A stretch of 64,000 nt of DNA, taken from positions 256,001 through 320,000 of the forward strand of contig CAWFKH010000006.1 in the NCBI GenBank assembly GCA_963816355.1, read 5' to 3'. A model generated the notes under the pieces. That model was not told the DNA's origin and searched no databases. It worked only from the letters and a program-made list of their open reading frames with translations. This document shows, piece by piece, positions 22,546 through 32,805 of this stretch (positions within the stretch are counted from its first letter, which is position 1; the number at the start of each line of letters is the position of its first letter). A program made the position numbers and the translations under genes. This DNA is from an uncultured Gemmatimonadales bacterium. GTDB taxonomy: Bacteria; Gemmatimonadota; Gemmatimonadetes; Longimicrobiales; RSA9.

Positions 22546-22600
22546 GCAGGCAGGAGATCAGGCAGGAGATCAGACCGGGAGATCAGACCGGGGGATCAGG
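22546..22600. repeat. 12-13 bp degenerate tandem repeat
   Basis: caggcaggagat caggcaggagat cagaccgggagat cagaccgggggat cagg. Confidence 0.7.
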
Positions 22601-24211
22601 CCGCGGGTAGGCCGCCCTGGACGAGCTCCACCGCTACGAGCCGCAACTCGAACCGGCTGCCCCCGCCGGGGCGCGGCGCGTAGCGCACCTGCCCGCCCTG
22701 CGCCTCGGCGAGCGTCCGCGCGATCGTGAGCCCCAGGCCGGTCCCGGGCTGCCGGCCGGAGGGCGGCTCGACCGCACGATGAAACGCCTCGAAGATCCGC
22801 TCCGCCTCCTCCGCCGGGACACCGCGCGCCGCGGTCCGCGACGGCGAACACCAGCTCGTCTCCTTGCTCTCGAGACCCGCAGCTCGACGCGCGAGCCGGC
22901 CGGCGAGTACTTCAGCGCGTTCTCCAGCAGGTTTACGAGCGAGCGCAGCGCGTGCACGAAGTCGAAGCGGCCCACGAGGATCTCGTCGCCGGGGAGGTCG
23001 ACGTTCAGCCGGTCCGCGCCAGCTGCCGCCGAAAGCTGCTGCAGCGCGGCGCCGACGAGATCGTCCGCGGCGTTCAGCTCGAGGTCGAGCGGCAGCGCGC
23101 CCGAGCGGGCGCGCGAAAGGTCCAGCAGGTCGGCCACGAGCCGGTTGAGGCGGTCCGCTTCCTCTTCGATGACGGCCGCGCGCTCGTCGCCGCCTGCCCG
23201 CAGGTCGCTCGCGAGCGCCTTGATGGTCGTCAGCGGAGTGCGCAGGTCGTGCGAGACCGTCGCGATGAGCGCGTCCTTGAGCCGATCCGCTTCGCGCAGC
23301 GCGGCTGCGTGCTCCGCTTCCGCGGCGAGGCGCGTCCGCTCGACGCCGAGCGCGGCGTAGTACGCCAGCGGCGCGGCGAGCCTCGCCTGATCCACGAGCA
23401 GGCGGACGCCGCGGGCATCCTCCAGCCGGAGCAGTCCCACCACGCGCTCGCGTGCGCGCAGCGGCAGCAGCACCACGCGCGCTTCGCCGGCCGCCAGCAG
23501 CGCCGCCTCCACGCCTTCGCCCCGGGGACGCAGATGGGAGGTGCCGTCCAGCCGCTCGAAGGCGACGACGCCCTTCTCCGTCACCAGCCGGAACAGCTCG
23601 CTCTCGCCCCGCACGCGGGGGGCGGCCGCGTCGCCATCGTCATCGCCCCCGGCGGCCGCGAGGAGGCGGATGTCCTCGCCTTTGCCGTCGCGCAGGTACA
23701 CGCCGCACCAGGCGACGCCCAGCTCGCTCCGCGTCACCCGCGCGATGGCCGCCACCGCGTCCTCGGCGCGCGCCACGCTCAGCGTCTCGGCGCCTAGCGT
23801 CGCCAGGCGATCCAGCTCGGCCGCGCGGCGCCGCGCCAGCTCCGCCTCCCGCCGTGAGCGGTGCAGCAGCTCCGCGGCGACCGCGCCCGTCACGAGGAAT
23901 GCGCCCAGCACCAGCCAGTCCACGGGGTTCTCGATGGCCAGCGTGTAGTACGGCGGCAGCAGGAAGAAGTTGAAGGCGAGGAAGCACGCGACGGAGACGG
24001 CGAAACCGACGACGCGTCCCGAGCGCGCGCTGGCGAAGAGCACGACCAGCAGGTAGGCCAGCGCCATGTGCGCCTTGTCCAGCTCGCCGCGCAGCTCGTG
24101 CAGCGCGAGCGTCACCGCCGCTGCGAGCGCCAGCCACAGCAGCAGCGCCAGGAGCACGCGGGTGCGTGCCCGGGACGCGTCAGTCGAGGGCGACGAAGCG
24201 GTAGCCGACAC
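22596..24211 (-). CDS. KdpD-like histidine kinase lacking the N-terminal KdpD/Usp domains; frameshifts near the 3' end
   Basis: 4 TM helices with FNFFLLPPYYTL, GAF domain, intact SHDLRTPL and NLLENALKYSP. VADRG and GTGLGLTIAR lie in other frames near 22700-22860. Confidence 0.8.
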
Positions 24212-24884
24212 CGGGCTCCGTGATGATCAGGCGCGGCCGAACGCTCTCGCGCTCGATCTTGCGGCGCAGACTCGCCACGTAGACGCGCAGATACTGCTGC
24301 GGATCGCCGGAGGAGCGCGCCCAGACGCTGTTGAACAGGCTCGCGTGCGTCATGGTCCGGCCGGCGTTGCGCACGAACGCCCGCAGCAGCTCCCACTCCG
24401 TCGGCGTCAGGTGGATCGGCTCGCCGTCACGCTCGATGGTGCGCGCGCCGAGATCGATGCGCAGTCCGTCCGCCACGACCGGGCCCTCGCCGCCCGGATT
24501 CGCCGACGCCGCCGCGCGGCGCAATTGCGCCCGCACCCGGGCCCGCAGCTCCCCCGGGCTGAACGGCTTCGTGACGTAGTCGTCGGCACCCGCCTCCAGC
24601 AACGCGATCTTGTCGCCTTCGCCGTGACGGGCGGACAGGACGATGATCGGCGCCGTCGACCACTTCCGCACCTCACGGCAGACCGCCAGGCCCTGCCCAT
24701 CCGGCAGCGCCAGGTCCAGCACGATCAGAGCGGGGCGCTGCGCCGCCGCGAGGTCCAATGCCGCGGTCGCCGACCCCGCCTCCACGACTCGGTCGAACTC
24801 CTCGGCCAGCGCGTTGCGCACCGCGCGGCGGATGTGCGGCTCGTCATCCACCACCAGCGCGACCGACGGCCCGTCTCGTTCCAT
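24180..24884 (-). CDS. kdpE: KdpE-like OmpR-family response regulator
   Basis: VVDDE, LDLALPD, GADDYVTKPF, HLTPTE, LRVYVASLRRKIE, TEPGVGYRF. Confidence 0.9.
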   Translation of the reverse strand: MERDGPSVALVVDDEPHIRRAVRNALAEEFDRVVEAGSATAALDLAAAQRPALIVLDLALPDGQGLAVCREVRKWSTAPIIVLSARHGEGDKIALLEAGADDYVTKPFSPGELRARVRAQLRRAAASANPGGEGPVVADGLRIDLGARTIERDGEPIHLTPTEWELLRAFVRNAGRTMTHASLFNSVWARSSGDPQQYLRVYVASLRRKIERESVRPRLIITEPGVGYRFVALD

Positions 24885-25076
24885 TCCGCTCCATTCCTTC
24901 CCGGATCCCCATGAAATCTCGCTCCCCGGACGGCGGCTGCACAGAGGACGCGTGGATCGATCAGGAGTTCTTTGTGTTTTCTTTGTGCCGCCGACCCCGA
25001 TCCTTGTGCGATCCTCACGTCCGCGGTGCCACCATCCAGTGCTCGGCAGACTCAGGAAAGGGACGCAGGAACGACC

Positions 25077-25430
25077 GTGGATCCGGCTCGCGACGGGTAC
25101 GAAGCGCTCATCGAGCGCGCACGTGGCTGCCTCGACGCGCATGACCTCGAAGGGGCGGAAGCCTTCGCGCGCTCGGCCGCGGGGGCCGATCCCGGCGCGC
25201 CGGCGGCCTTCCATCTTCTCGGCGTGGTCTCCGAGGCACGCTCGGACCGGCGGGATGCACAGCGGTTCTACCGTGTCGCGCTCGCCCTCGACCCCGCGTA
25301 CGGCCCGGCGCTCCACCAGCTTCAGCGGTCGATGCAGCCGCCGTCCCAGCGCACCTCTCCGCTCTGGCCGCCTCCCGCCGAGCCGATCGCCGGCAAGGCG
25401 CCCACCGCGGAACAGGCCGGCAGCCGCTGA
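25077..25430 (+). CDS. Small TPR-like protein
   Basis: AAFHLLGVVSE...AQRFYRVALALDPAYGPA. Confidence 0.65.
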   Translation: MDPARDGYEALIERARGCLDAHDLEGAEAFARSAAGADPGAPAAFHLLGVVSEARSDRRDAQRFYRVALALDPAYGPALHQLQRSMQPPSQRTSPLWPPPAEPIAGKAPTAEQAGSR

Positions 25431-25486
25431 GTCCACCGGTGTCCGGAGCCGTGCCGGCGCCGCGACCTCCGCGCGAGCCGGAGACG

Positions 25487-27394
25487 ATGGCATCGCCGGG
25501 GCTCGAGCCGAACGCCGGCGAGCCCACAGGCCGCAGGCTCTTCCTGCTGTCGCTGGCCGCGCTCGGCGTCGTCTACGGCGACATCGGCACCAGCCCGCTC
25601 TATGCCATCCGCGAGAGCTTCCACGAGAGCTACGGCCTCGCCGTCGCGCCCGCCAACATCCTGGGCGTGCTCTCGCTCATATTCTGGGCCCTCGTCCTGG
25701 TCATCTCGGTCAAGTACCTGGTCTTCGTCCTGCGCGCCGACAATCGCGGGGAGGGCGGGATCCTCGCTCTGACTTCGCTGGTCACGCCCGTGCAGGCCGG
25801 CCGGCGCGGCGGCCAATGGCTGCTCATCCTGATGGGCCTCTTCGGCGCCGCGCTCCTCTATGGCGACGGCATGATCACGCCGGCCATCAGCGTGCTCTCC
25901 GCCGTGGAGGGCCTCCAGGTGGCGACGCCGGTCTTCCGGCCCTATGTCGTGCCCCTCACCGTGGGCATCCTCATCGCGCTCTTCCTGCTCCAGCGCCGGG
26001 GCACGGGGGGAGTCGGGCGCATCTTCGGTCCCGTGACCCTGGTCTGGTTCTTCACCCTCGCCGCGCTGGGCGTCTACCAGATCGCCCGGGAGCCCGGCGT
26101 CCTCGCCGCCGTGAGCCCGCTGCACGCCGCGGGCTTCTTCGCCGCCAACCGCGGCAAGGGGTTCCTGGTTCTGGGCAGCGTCTTCCTTGTGGTCACGGGC
26201 GGCGAGGCGCTGTACGCGGACATGGGCCATTTCGGGCGGCGTCCCATCCGCCTCACCTGGTTCGCGCTCGTGCTGCCCGCGCTGCTGCTCAACTACTTCG
26301 GCCAGGGCGCGCTGCTGATCCGCGACCCCGCCGCCATCGAGAATCCGTTCTACCGCATGGGCCCCGACTGGGCGCTCTACCCCATGGTCGCCATCGCGAC
26401 CGCCGCCACCGTGATCGCGTCGCAGGCCGTGATCTCCGGCTCCTTCTCGCTCGCCATGCAGTCCGTGCAGTTCGGCTACAGCCCGCGCCTGAACATCGAG
26501 CACACCTCGGCCACCGAGATCGGCCAGATCTACATCCCGGCCGTGAACTGGGCGCTCATGGTGGCGTGCATCGGACTGGTGATCGGCTTCGGCAGCTCGA
26601 GCAACCTGGCGGCCGCCTACGGGGTCGCCGTCACCACGACCATGGTCATCACGACGGTGCTCTTCTACGTGCTGGCTCGCGAGAAATGGGGCTGGTCCGC
26701 GCCCCTCGCGGCCGCCGTCGCTGGTGCCTTCGCCGTCATCGACCTCTCCTTCTGGGGCTCCAACCTGGTGAAGATCCCCGATGGCGGCTGGTTCCCGCTC
26801 CTCATCGCCGGCCTCGTCTTCACGCTCATGACGACGTGGAAGACCGGCCGACAGATCCTCGCCGCCCGCGTCAAGGCGGGCGAGCTGCCGGTGCAGCACT
26901 TCATCGAGTCCATCGCGCCGCGTCCGCCGCAGCGCGTCCCCGGCACCGCCGTGTTCATGTCCGGCGACCCGGAAGGCACGCCCCCGGCGCTGCTGCACAA
27001 CCTGAAGCACAACAAGGTGCTGCACGAGCAGGTGGTCTTTCTGGCGGTGCTCACGGAGGAAGTGCCCCACGTGGCGCGCGTCGACCGTGCGGAAGTGCGC
27101 GTCCACGACCACGGCTTCTTCAGCCTCGTGCTGCGTTACGGCTTCATGGAGGATGTCGACGTGCCGCGAGCGCTCGCGGCGCTCGACGGCCGGAACGCCC
27201 TCGAGCTCGAGCCGATGCAGACCACCTACTTCCTCGGGCGCGAAACGCTCATCGCGCGGCGCCGGGTGCAGGGCATGGCGCTCTGGCGCGAGAAGCTGTT
27301 CGCGTTCATGAGCCGGAATGCGCGAAGCGCGACGTCGTTCTTCCGGCTGCCGCCGAACCGCGTGGTGGAGCTGGGCGCGCAGGTGGAGCTGTAG
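25487..27394 (+). CDS. kup: Potassium transporter Kup
   Basis: GVVYGDIGTSPLY, ADNRGEGG, GGEALYADMGHF, GQIYIP. Confidence 0.97.
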   Translation: MASPGLEPNAGEPTGRRLFLLSLAALGVVYGDIGTSPLYAIRESFHESYGLAVAPANILGVLSLIFWALVLVISVKYLVFVLRADNRGEGGILALTSLVTPVQAGRRGGQWLLILMGLFGAALLYGDGMITPAISVLSAVEGLQVATPVFRPYVVPLTVGILIALFLLQRRGTGGVGRIFGPVTLVWFFTLAALGVYQIAREPGVLAAVSPLHAAGFFAANRGKGFLVLGSVFLVVTGGEALYADMGHFGRRPIRLTWFALVLPALLLNYFGQGALLIRDPAAIENPFYRMGPDWALYPMVAIATAATVIASQAVISGSFSLAMQSVQFGYSPRLNIEHTSATEIGQIYIPAVNWALMVACIGLVIGFGSSSNLAAAYGVAVTTTMVITTVLFYVLAREKWGWSAPLAAAVAGAFAVIDLSFWGSNLVKIPDGGWFPLLIAGLVFTLMTTWKTGRQILAARVKAGELPVQHFIESIAPRPPQRVPGTAVFMSGDPEGTPPALLHNLKHNKVLHEQVVFLAVLTEEVPHVARVDRAEVRVHDHGFFSLVLRYGFMEDVDVPRALAALDGRNALELEPMQTTYFLGRETLIARRRVQGMALWREKLFAFMSRNARSATSFFRLPPNRVVELGAQVEL

Positions 27395-27541
27395 CGGCGG
27401 CGTGCGATTCGGCGCCCCGGTCGTCACTTATGGTGATCCGTTTCAAGCTCAAACAGCGGGAAAAGGTGCCTCGGTTTGGTCTGACGCTGCGCCAATGCAG
27501 CGAGCCGTTCGGCGCCTGCTCCCGCAACCTTCATCAGCACG

Positions 27542-27740
27542 TCACCCGAGCGCCACCTCGTGCGCCTCGATCCATTCCTTCCGCTCCTGGCAGTCCGGCA
27601 ACACTCGCGTCACAGGCGACCAGAACCCCGGGGAGTGAACCCGGTGCTCGAGGTGACAAAGCTCGTGGACGAACACGTACTCGTAGACCGCCTTCGGAAC
27701 GCGCGCGAGTTTCCGGTCCAGCCGGATCGCTTGGCCGCCG
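27542..27740 (-). pseudogene. C-terminal fragment of a YgjP/DUF45-like metallopeptidase
   Basis: Manual translation: AIRLDRKLARVPKAVYEYVFVHELCHLEHRVHSPGFW...; in-frame stop upstream and no start codon. Confidence 0.7.
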
Positions 27741-28357
27741 ATGCTCCTGACCGAGCCGTGACGGCCGGCGAGTTCAACGCCGTGCTCCTAGACATCGATG
27801 CGATTTTCGCGCTCTTCGAGATTAACATCGCCGATTTGCACGCCCGCGTCACCGCCCTCGAAACCTGAACGGGCTCACGCCCGCGGCCATCATCCAACTT
27901 CCCGAAAATCTGGCCGGAAGGTTCGATCTCGGCCGCCTTCTCGCGGACTTCGCCACGTTCAGCTACCGGAAAGATTTCCTTGAGCTGAGGCTTCGCCCCG
28001 CCCGTGCTCGCCGCCTGTCGCGCGCGCCTCCTCTTCCAGCTCGTCCAGCAGGTCGGCTGCGGGTGGGCTACTTCAGCCGGCGAAGTTCCGCTGGACCCTA
28101 GGAATCTTCCCGGTCGAGGAGGCCAAGGACCCGGAGGAAGTGGGCGCGAAGCAATGTAACGGCGGCGGGCGAAAGTTGCCGGCTGAGGATCAGGCCTTTC
28201 CGGGGATGGAACTGGATCCTGTCGCCGACCTCGGCGACAACTTCAGGAATCGGGAAGTCAAGCTTGAAGGCGTGGGGGTTGTCTGAGGGCAGGCACAGGC
28301 GTAAGAGTGGGGCGGCGACGGCGCTGTGGCTCCGCATTCATGGGCATTGGAGGATTC

Positions 28358-28738
28358 ATGCGCAAATTCATTCTCTTGATGACGCTCGGATTGACGGGCT
28401 GCGCATCCATGTCGAGCTCGGCGATTCGGGCTGACCTGAATCGCAAACTCGCCGCTGGCCGCGTCGACTACGTCGCGCAGCACCGGTCCGAACTGTCCGA
28501 CACCGTTGCTCAGGCAATCGTTGATGGCAGAGTCCTGGTGGGCATGACCCTGGAGCAGGCGCTGACAGCATGGGCGGAACTAGGGCCGCCAGAGGCGGTG
28601 AACCGTACCACGACCGCTGGCGGTGTTCTCGATCAATACGCCTTCCGGCGGATGCGTTCGATGTACAATTACGAGTACGCCTACTTCTATGTCCAGAACG
28701 GTCGTGTGACTGTGGTCCAGGCGGAACCGGGACGATGA
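28358..28738 (+). CDS. Hypothetical lipoprotein
   Basis: MRKFILLMTLGLTGC lipobox; GGAGGA RBS; VGMTLEQA...GPP. Confidence 0.7.
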   Translation: MRKFILLMTLGLTGCASMSSSAIRADLNRKLAAGRVDYVAQHRSELSDTVAQAIVDGRVLVGMTLEQALTAWAELGPPEAVNRTTTAGGVLDQYAFRRMRSMYNYEYAYFYVQNGRVTVVQAEPGR

Positions 28739-28893
28739 CGGGGGTCATGCCGCTGCGGCGCTAGGCGCTCTCCCGTACCTCGAGGTAGCCGACCACCGCC
28801 GCGCGATGTGCCGGCACTCGCGCACGTGCTGGATGAGCGGGCGAGGGCGCTCTCGCGCCCGGCGGCGAAGCGTCGCGACGTCGAGGACGCATG

Positions 28894-28940
28894 AAAAAGA
28901 GCAGCCGCCTGCGCACTGATTGTGCACTCGACGGCTGCTC
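28894..28940 (-). terminator. Rho-independent terminator downstream of the tRNA 3' duplicate
   Basis: gagcagccg...cggctgctc stem followed by TTTTT on the minus strand. Confidence 0.65.
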
Positions 28941-28954
28941 GATTTTCGGAAACC

Positions 28955-28999
28955 CAGTCGGGACGGCGGGATTTGAACCCGCGACCCCCTGAACCCCAT
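28955..28999 (-). repeat. att site: 45-bp duplicate of the tRNA-Pro 3' half
   Basis: Identical to 63118-63162 (cagtcgggacggcgggatttgaacccgcgaccccctgaaccccat). Confidence 0.97.
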
Positions 29000-29312
29000 A
29001 CATCTGAGCCGGAGGGCGTCACCATCTAAGTTCGCACAAGAACGCCCTATGGCGCACCTGTCGTTGGCTGACTTCGCACAGATTCCTTGACGATTTTGAC
29101 GGGAACCTTAGCGAAATCCTTAGTGAAGCGGCGACGTCTGGAATGACAGCGGCCAAGTGTCGCCCTCCACTATTATCATGCCCTACTCACACACGCAAGG
29201 CGCGATCGCCGATGCTCCTTGAGGCGCAGGTTGGCCCATAGACCACAGCCATCAATGCGGAGCCGATGAATGAAGCCGAGCGAAAGGTGGGCCCCCATCC
29301 GCCGCGCCCCGC

Positions 29313-29996
29313 CTACCTACGCTCGCCCAGGACGGTGATGACACGAGAACGAAGATCGGAACTCCCCGCGGTCAGGAGGTCGGCGATGAGCTCGTCCTCC
29401 AGGCCGGCGATTGGCACGGGTGCGCTGCCCAGCACGGATTCGTGGGGTTGACCAAGGCAGGCCGCCGCGAGTTTGGGGTCCGTTGCGTCAAGCCGAAGCA
29501 AGAGCTCGACGAGTCGCGCGTCCGGCCCCCTGGTCATTACTCCCAAGGCCATGAGATACGGCACGTCGAGGACGAGGCTTACGTAGTTCCGGCCCTTATA
29601 GTCGATCAGCACGCGAATCCCATCCCAGTCCGCGACGACGCGAACCACTTCGGCGGGAGCGCCGGCTCCGGTCGGATCAGCGTCCGCGTGAGCCAGCTTT
29701 ACCTGCCGATCCACGACAGCAGAGTGCCACATCTCGCTGTGTAGTGACGGAAGCGCGTGCAGGCCGAGCACGCGGACCGTGACCCTCGCGCCGGTGAGTA
29801 CTTCCCCCACACCACTCCGTTCTGCAGCGGCGCAGGCTTGAAGAGTCCAATCGACTGTGCGGGCATCCATCTGCACCGATCCGATTACGGCTTCTCCTGG
29901 GGAGTCGGACGGGAAAAACGGTGTCACGGCGGTAGGACCAGTCCTCACTCTTGAGCCTCCCAATCGATCTGATGATGAAGGCACGAGCACATGCAC
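29313..29996 (-). CDS. Hypothetical protein (start uncertain)
   Basis: ORF with protein-like composition; no recognised motif. Confidence 0.4.
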   Translation of the reverse strand: MHVLVPSSSDRLGGSRVRTGPTAVTPFFPSDSPGEAVIGSVQMDARTVDWTLQACAAAERSGVGEVLTGARVTVRVLGLHALPSLHSEMWHSAVVDRQVKLAHADADPTGAGAPAEVVRVVADWDGIRVLIDYKGRNYVSLVLDVPYLMALGVMTRGPDARLVELLLRLDATDPKLAAACLGQPHESVLGSAPVPIAGLEDELIADLLTAGSSDLRSRVITVLGERR

Positions 29997-30194
29997 AGCG
30001 CTGCAACGTGAGGCCGATCACGTTCCAGCGACAGGCTATAGACGGGATCAAACGCATTTCCGGCCTCGTGCGTATCGAGTAGGGACGGCGCGCTGGGACG
30101 CGGCCCCCTGCTCACCAGCCAGCAAGGTCGGGTAGGGTGGAGATGTCCCCGGCGGGGCAGACAGTCCCGCCAGGTCACCTCCTCCCACGTGCGA

Positions 30195-31199
30195 ATGAGA
30201 CTATTGACCGAGCCGGCGAAGATCGCGATCGACTTGATCGACATCCCTGCCACGCGCGCGCTCTGGCGTCCGGAGTCCCGCAATGCTGCGGAATCAATGG
30301 TGCCCCTCCTTCAGCAGATCAGGGCGCTGGGGTGGGTCGACGCCGTCATCGTGCGACCCGCGAAGGCCGGCCGCTACGAACTTGTGGACGGCGAGCGTCG
30401 GCTCAAGGCGGAGCGCCATGAGGGGCAGATCCTGATCGACGCCGTAATCGTACACGCCGAGGACGGGGCGGCCGCAGCCATCACCCTGCTCGCCAATCTT
30501 CCACCGGCTGAGCTGCCGGCCATCCACGCGGCGAGACTCGTCGAATGGGTGCGCGAATTCGACCGCGATAACGGCGGCACCGGCACCAACGCCGAGGTTG
30601 GAAGGTATCTCGGCTGCAACGGCTCCACCGTTTCGCGATCGCGAAGGATTGAAGAAGGTCTTCCTAACCAGCTGCTCGTACAGAACGGCCTCTCGGAAGG
30701 TGATCTGGAGGAGGTGCCAGGAACTACCCTTCATCGGCTTGCCAGCCTCAGGCCGGCCGCCAAGACGGATTTGCTGCGGCAGATCAGACAGGTAAAGGAG
30801 GATGGAGGCGACTCGGCGGCATGCGCGTTACATCTGACAACAGCCATGCCTTCGAAGTTGCGCCAGGGCCGGCCTGCCAAGCCGTTCACGGTCACCGACC
30901 GATCCGACGGCCGCTTCTCGTTCTCAATCGCGAAACGGCCCTTGGACGCCGAGCACGCGCGGGAGCTGCTCGATCGCATGAAGCCTTTACTGCTGGAGAC
31001 CGCGCGAGTAGCCGGGGTGGCGTCGCTGGACTCCTTCACCGGCCTCGCAGGGCTGCCCGAGCGGCCTTCGCGTTCGCAGCGCACATATCAGCGGATGTTA
31101 TTGCTGACAAACAGGATGCGTCTAGCTGGTGCCGCGAAATGGCTGGCGCTCATTGCCGCGCTACGAGTGCTCATGAGCGGCGTGCCCCGACGGCGCTGA
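30195..31199 (+). CDS. ParB/Srx N-terminal domain protein with HTH
   Basis: IRALGWVDAVIVRP...YELVDGERRLKA; TNAEVGRYLGCNGSTVSR HTH. Confidence 0.85.
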   Translation: MRLLTEPAKIAIDLIDIPATRALWRPESRNAAESMVPLLQQIRALGWVDAVIVRPAKAGRYELVDGERRLKAERHEGQILIDAVIVHAEDGAAAAITLLANLPPAELPAIHAARLVEWVREFDRDNGGTGTNAEVGRYLGCNGSTVSRSRRIEEGLPNQLLVQNGLSEGDLEEVPGTTLHRLASLRPAAKTDLLRQIRQVKEDGGDSAACALHLTTAMPSKLRQGRPAKPFTVTDRSDGRFSFSIAKRPLDAEHARELLDRMKPLLLETARVAGVASLDSFTGLAGLPERPSRSQRTYQRMLLLTNRMRLAGAAKWLALIAALRVLMSGVPRRR

Positions 31200-31403
31200 C
31201 AGAGCCGTCACGACGGCTGGTACAGTCTGCGTGGTCCGACATTGGACAAAGCGGCGGCACTATCGCCGCGTACCTTGTCATGAGCTCCACGCCGCTGTGC
31301 ACCATCTGCGCGCGCCGTGTGAACAATTTCACCGCCCTCTAGCAGTGTCTGCCTCGCTATCGGAGCGGATCGGCTCCATCAGTGTCCATGCAGCGCTTGC
31401 GGG

Positions 31404-32270
31404 CTAGAGATACTCACCCACGCCATCGCGGATGTAACGCTCGACATCCGCAGCCTCCCGCTTTCCACGCACACTGCTGCAGTAGTAGCAGCCGGCTAAC
31501 GGATCGGCGCGCCTGGTGATGATTCCCGACCATCCGCGATACATCAGCATTGGGACCGGCTCACGCAGTCCCGTCACACCCGCCATGAACTCCGTTACGG
31601 CGAGCGAGGCAACGACACCATTGACGGAAACGACGGATGGCCCGCCACCGTCGAGATGCGTCTCATCGACTCCGTAAATGGCCCGACGCCGTGCCTCGCC
31701 CTCCGGACCAGCGAGTTGTCTACCGGCCTCGTCGACATCCAGTTCATCCAGGCAAATGAGACAGCTGTTACCGTTCCAGCTTGTGCATACACGCCCGCCC
31801 CACTCCGGCGGTGAGCCCGGGATCACATCGGAGGCCACATCAATGTAGTTCCGGCTGTAGGCAGAGCACAGCTCCGTGAGGATCAGGCGGGGCGCCTCCT
31901 TGTCGAAGCAGCCAAACACCACATCCGCCGCCTTCACTGCGTCGTACCCGGCATCGCTCACCAAGGTATCCGATACAAGCTGCAACCGCGCTGCGGGCTG
32001 GACCGACTTCACCAGCCGCTCGGCTATGTCGAGCTTTGGAGTTCCCGGGACTGGGTCGTCGTGCCGTGATCCGATGAAGCGATTGCGGTTGGTCTCGTCC
32101 AGCTCCTCCGGCTCCACCAGCAGGAAATCCTCCACGCCGATGAAAGCGAGTTGCTGTACAATGTGACTGCCGATGCCTCCGACTCCGATGACGGCCGCCC
32201 GCGTCCCCCGGATCTTCTCCTGCCCTTCAGCTCCGAAGAGCGGCATGTGTCGGGCGAAACGGTCATCCAT
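31404..32270 (-). CDS. ThiF/E1-like adenylyltransferase (BubD-like)
   Basis: RFARH, VIGVGGIGS, ETNRNR, VFGCFD, two CxxC motifs (CLIC, CYYC). Confidence 0.92.
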   Translation of the reverse strand: MDDRFARHMPLFGAEGQEKIRGTRAAVIGVGGIGSHIVQQLAFIGVEDFLLVEPEELDETNRNRFIGSRHDDPVPGTPKLDIAERLVKSVQPAARLQLVSDTLVSDAGYDAVKAADVVFGCFDKEAPRLILTELCSAYSRNYIDVASDVIPGSPPEWGGRVCTSWNGNSCLICLDELDVDEAGRQLAGPEGEARRRAIYGVDETHLDGGGPSVVSVNGVVASLAVTEFMAGVTGLREPVPMLMYRGWSGIITRRADPLAGCYYCSSVRGKREAADVERYIRDGVGEYL

Positions 32271-32805
32271 CCGAGTACCTCTCCATGTCGCTGGTCCACC
32301 GTAACACAGACCGGTGCGATGCCCCCAATATTCTGCCTTCGGCCTCCACGGCCACGAGTCGCTCCGGCACGTCTGGCCGCTGCCGCCAGACGAACCCGTC
32401 GAGACCTCCCGGAGATACAACCAGCGCGCTGTACGGTCGTCCCTTCAGCCGCCACCAGACATGTGGAACGAACTCCGTGAAACCATACAGGTCGCTTGGC
32501 GAGAACGCGGGCGGGTCGGGCTCATCGTGCGAGTGTGCTTCGATCAGAGACGCGTCCAAGTCGTGTGCGCGCTTGATCACATACGCGCGGGTCTCGTCGC
32601 TCAGTTCGAAGTGCCAGGCCGAGCAGAACGCGAATCCCTCGGGCGGCACGGCGTACCATTCGACCACACGGAACGCGCCGCCGTTGGCGCCATCGTACTG
32701 GGCAAAGAGGAACGCGACCTCTTCGGTGCCACGCCCGGAATCGAGGAGGTGCGCCCAGAGGGCTTCACGGTCCGCTTCGGTGAGCGAGATCACGGGCCCC
32801 GCCAT
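32263..32805 (-). CDS. JAB/MPN metallo-isopeptidase (BubC-like)
   Basis: N-terminal E (TEEVAFL) plus HSH-x7-S-x2-D (EAHSHDEPDPPAFSPSD). Confidence 0.88.
   Translation of the reverse strand: MAGPVISLTEADREALWAHLLDSGRGTEEVAFLFAQYDGANGGAFRVVEWYAVPPEGFAFCSAWHFELSDETRAYVIKRAHDLDASLIEAHSHDEPDPPAFSPSDLYGFTEFVPHVWWRLKGRPYSALVVSPGGLDGFVWRQRPDVPERLVAVEAEGRILGASHRSVLRWTSDMERYSDG

Noticed and set aside
22546..22600. Tandem repeat as a KdpE operator
   Set aside because: It is not like the AT-rich KdpE site I know and lies at a gene end; more likely slippage-derived.
24643..27750. 1035-aa ORF and many other long overlapping or antisense ORFs
   Set aside because: These are Arg/Gly/Pro-rich shadow frames of real genes, expected in high-GC DNA.
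28955..28999. A second tRNA-Pro gene
   Set aside because: Only the 3' half is present; it is the att duplication.
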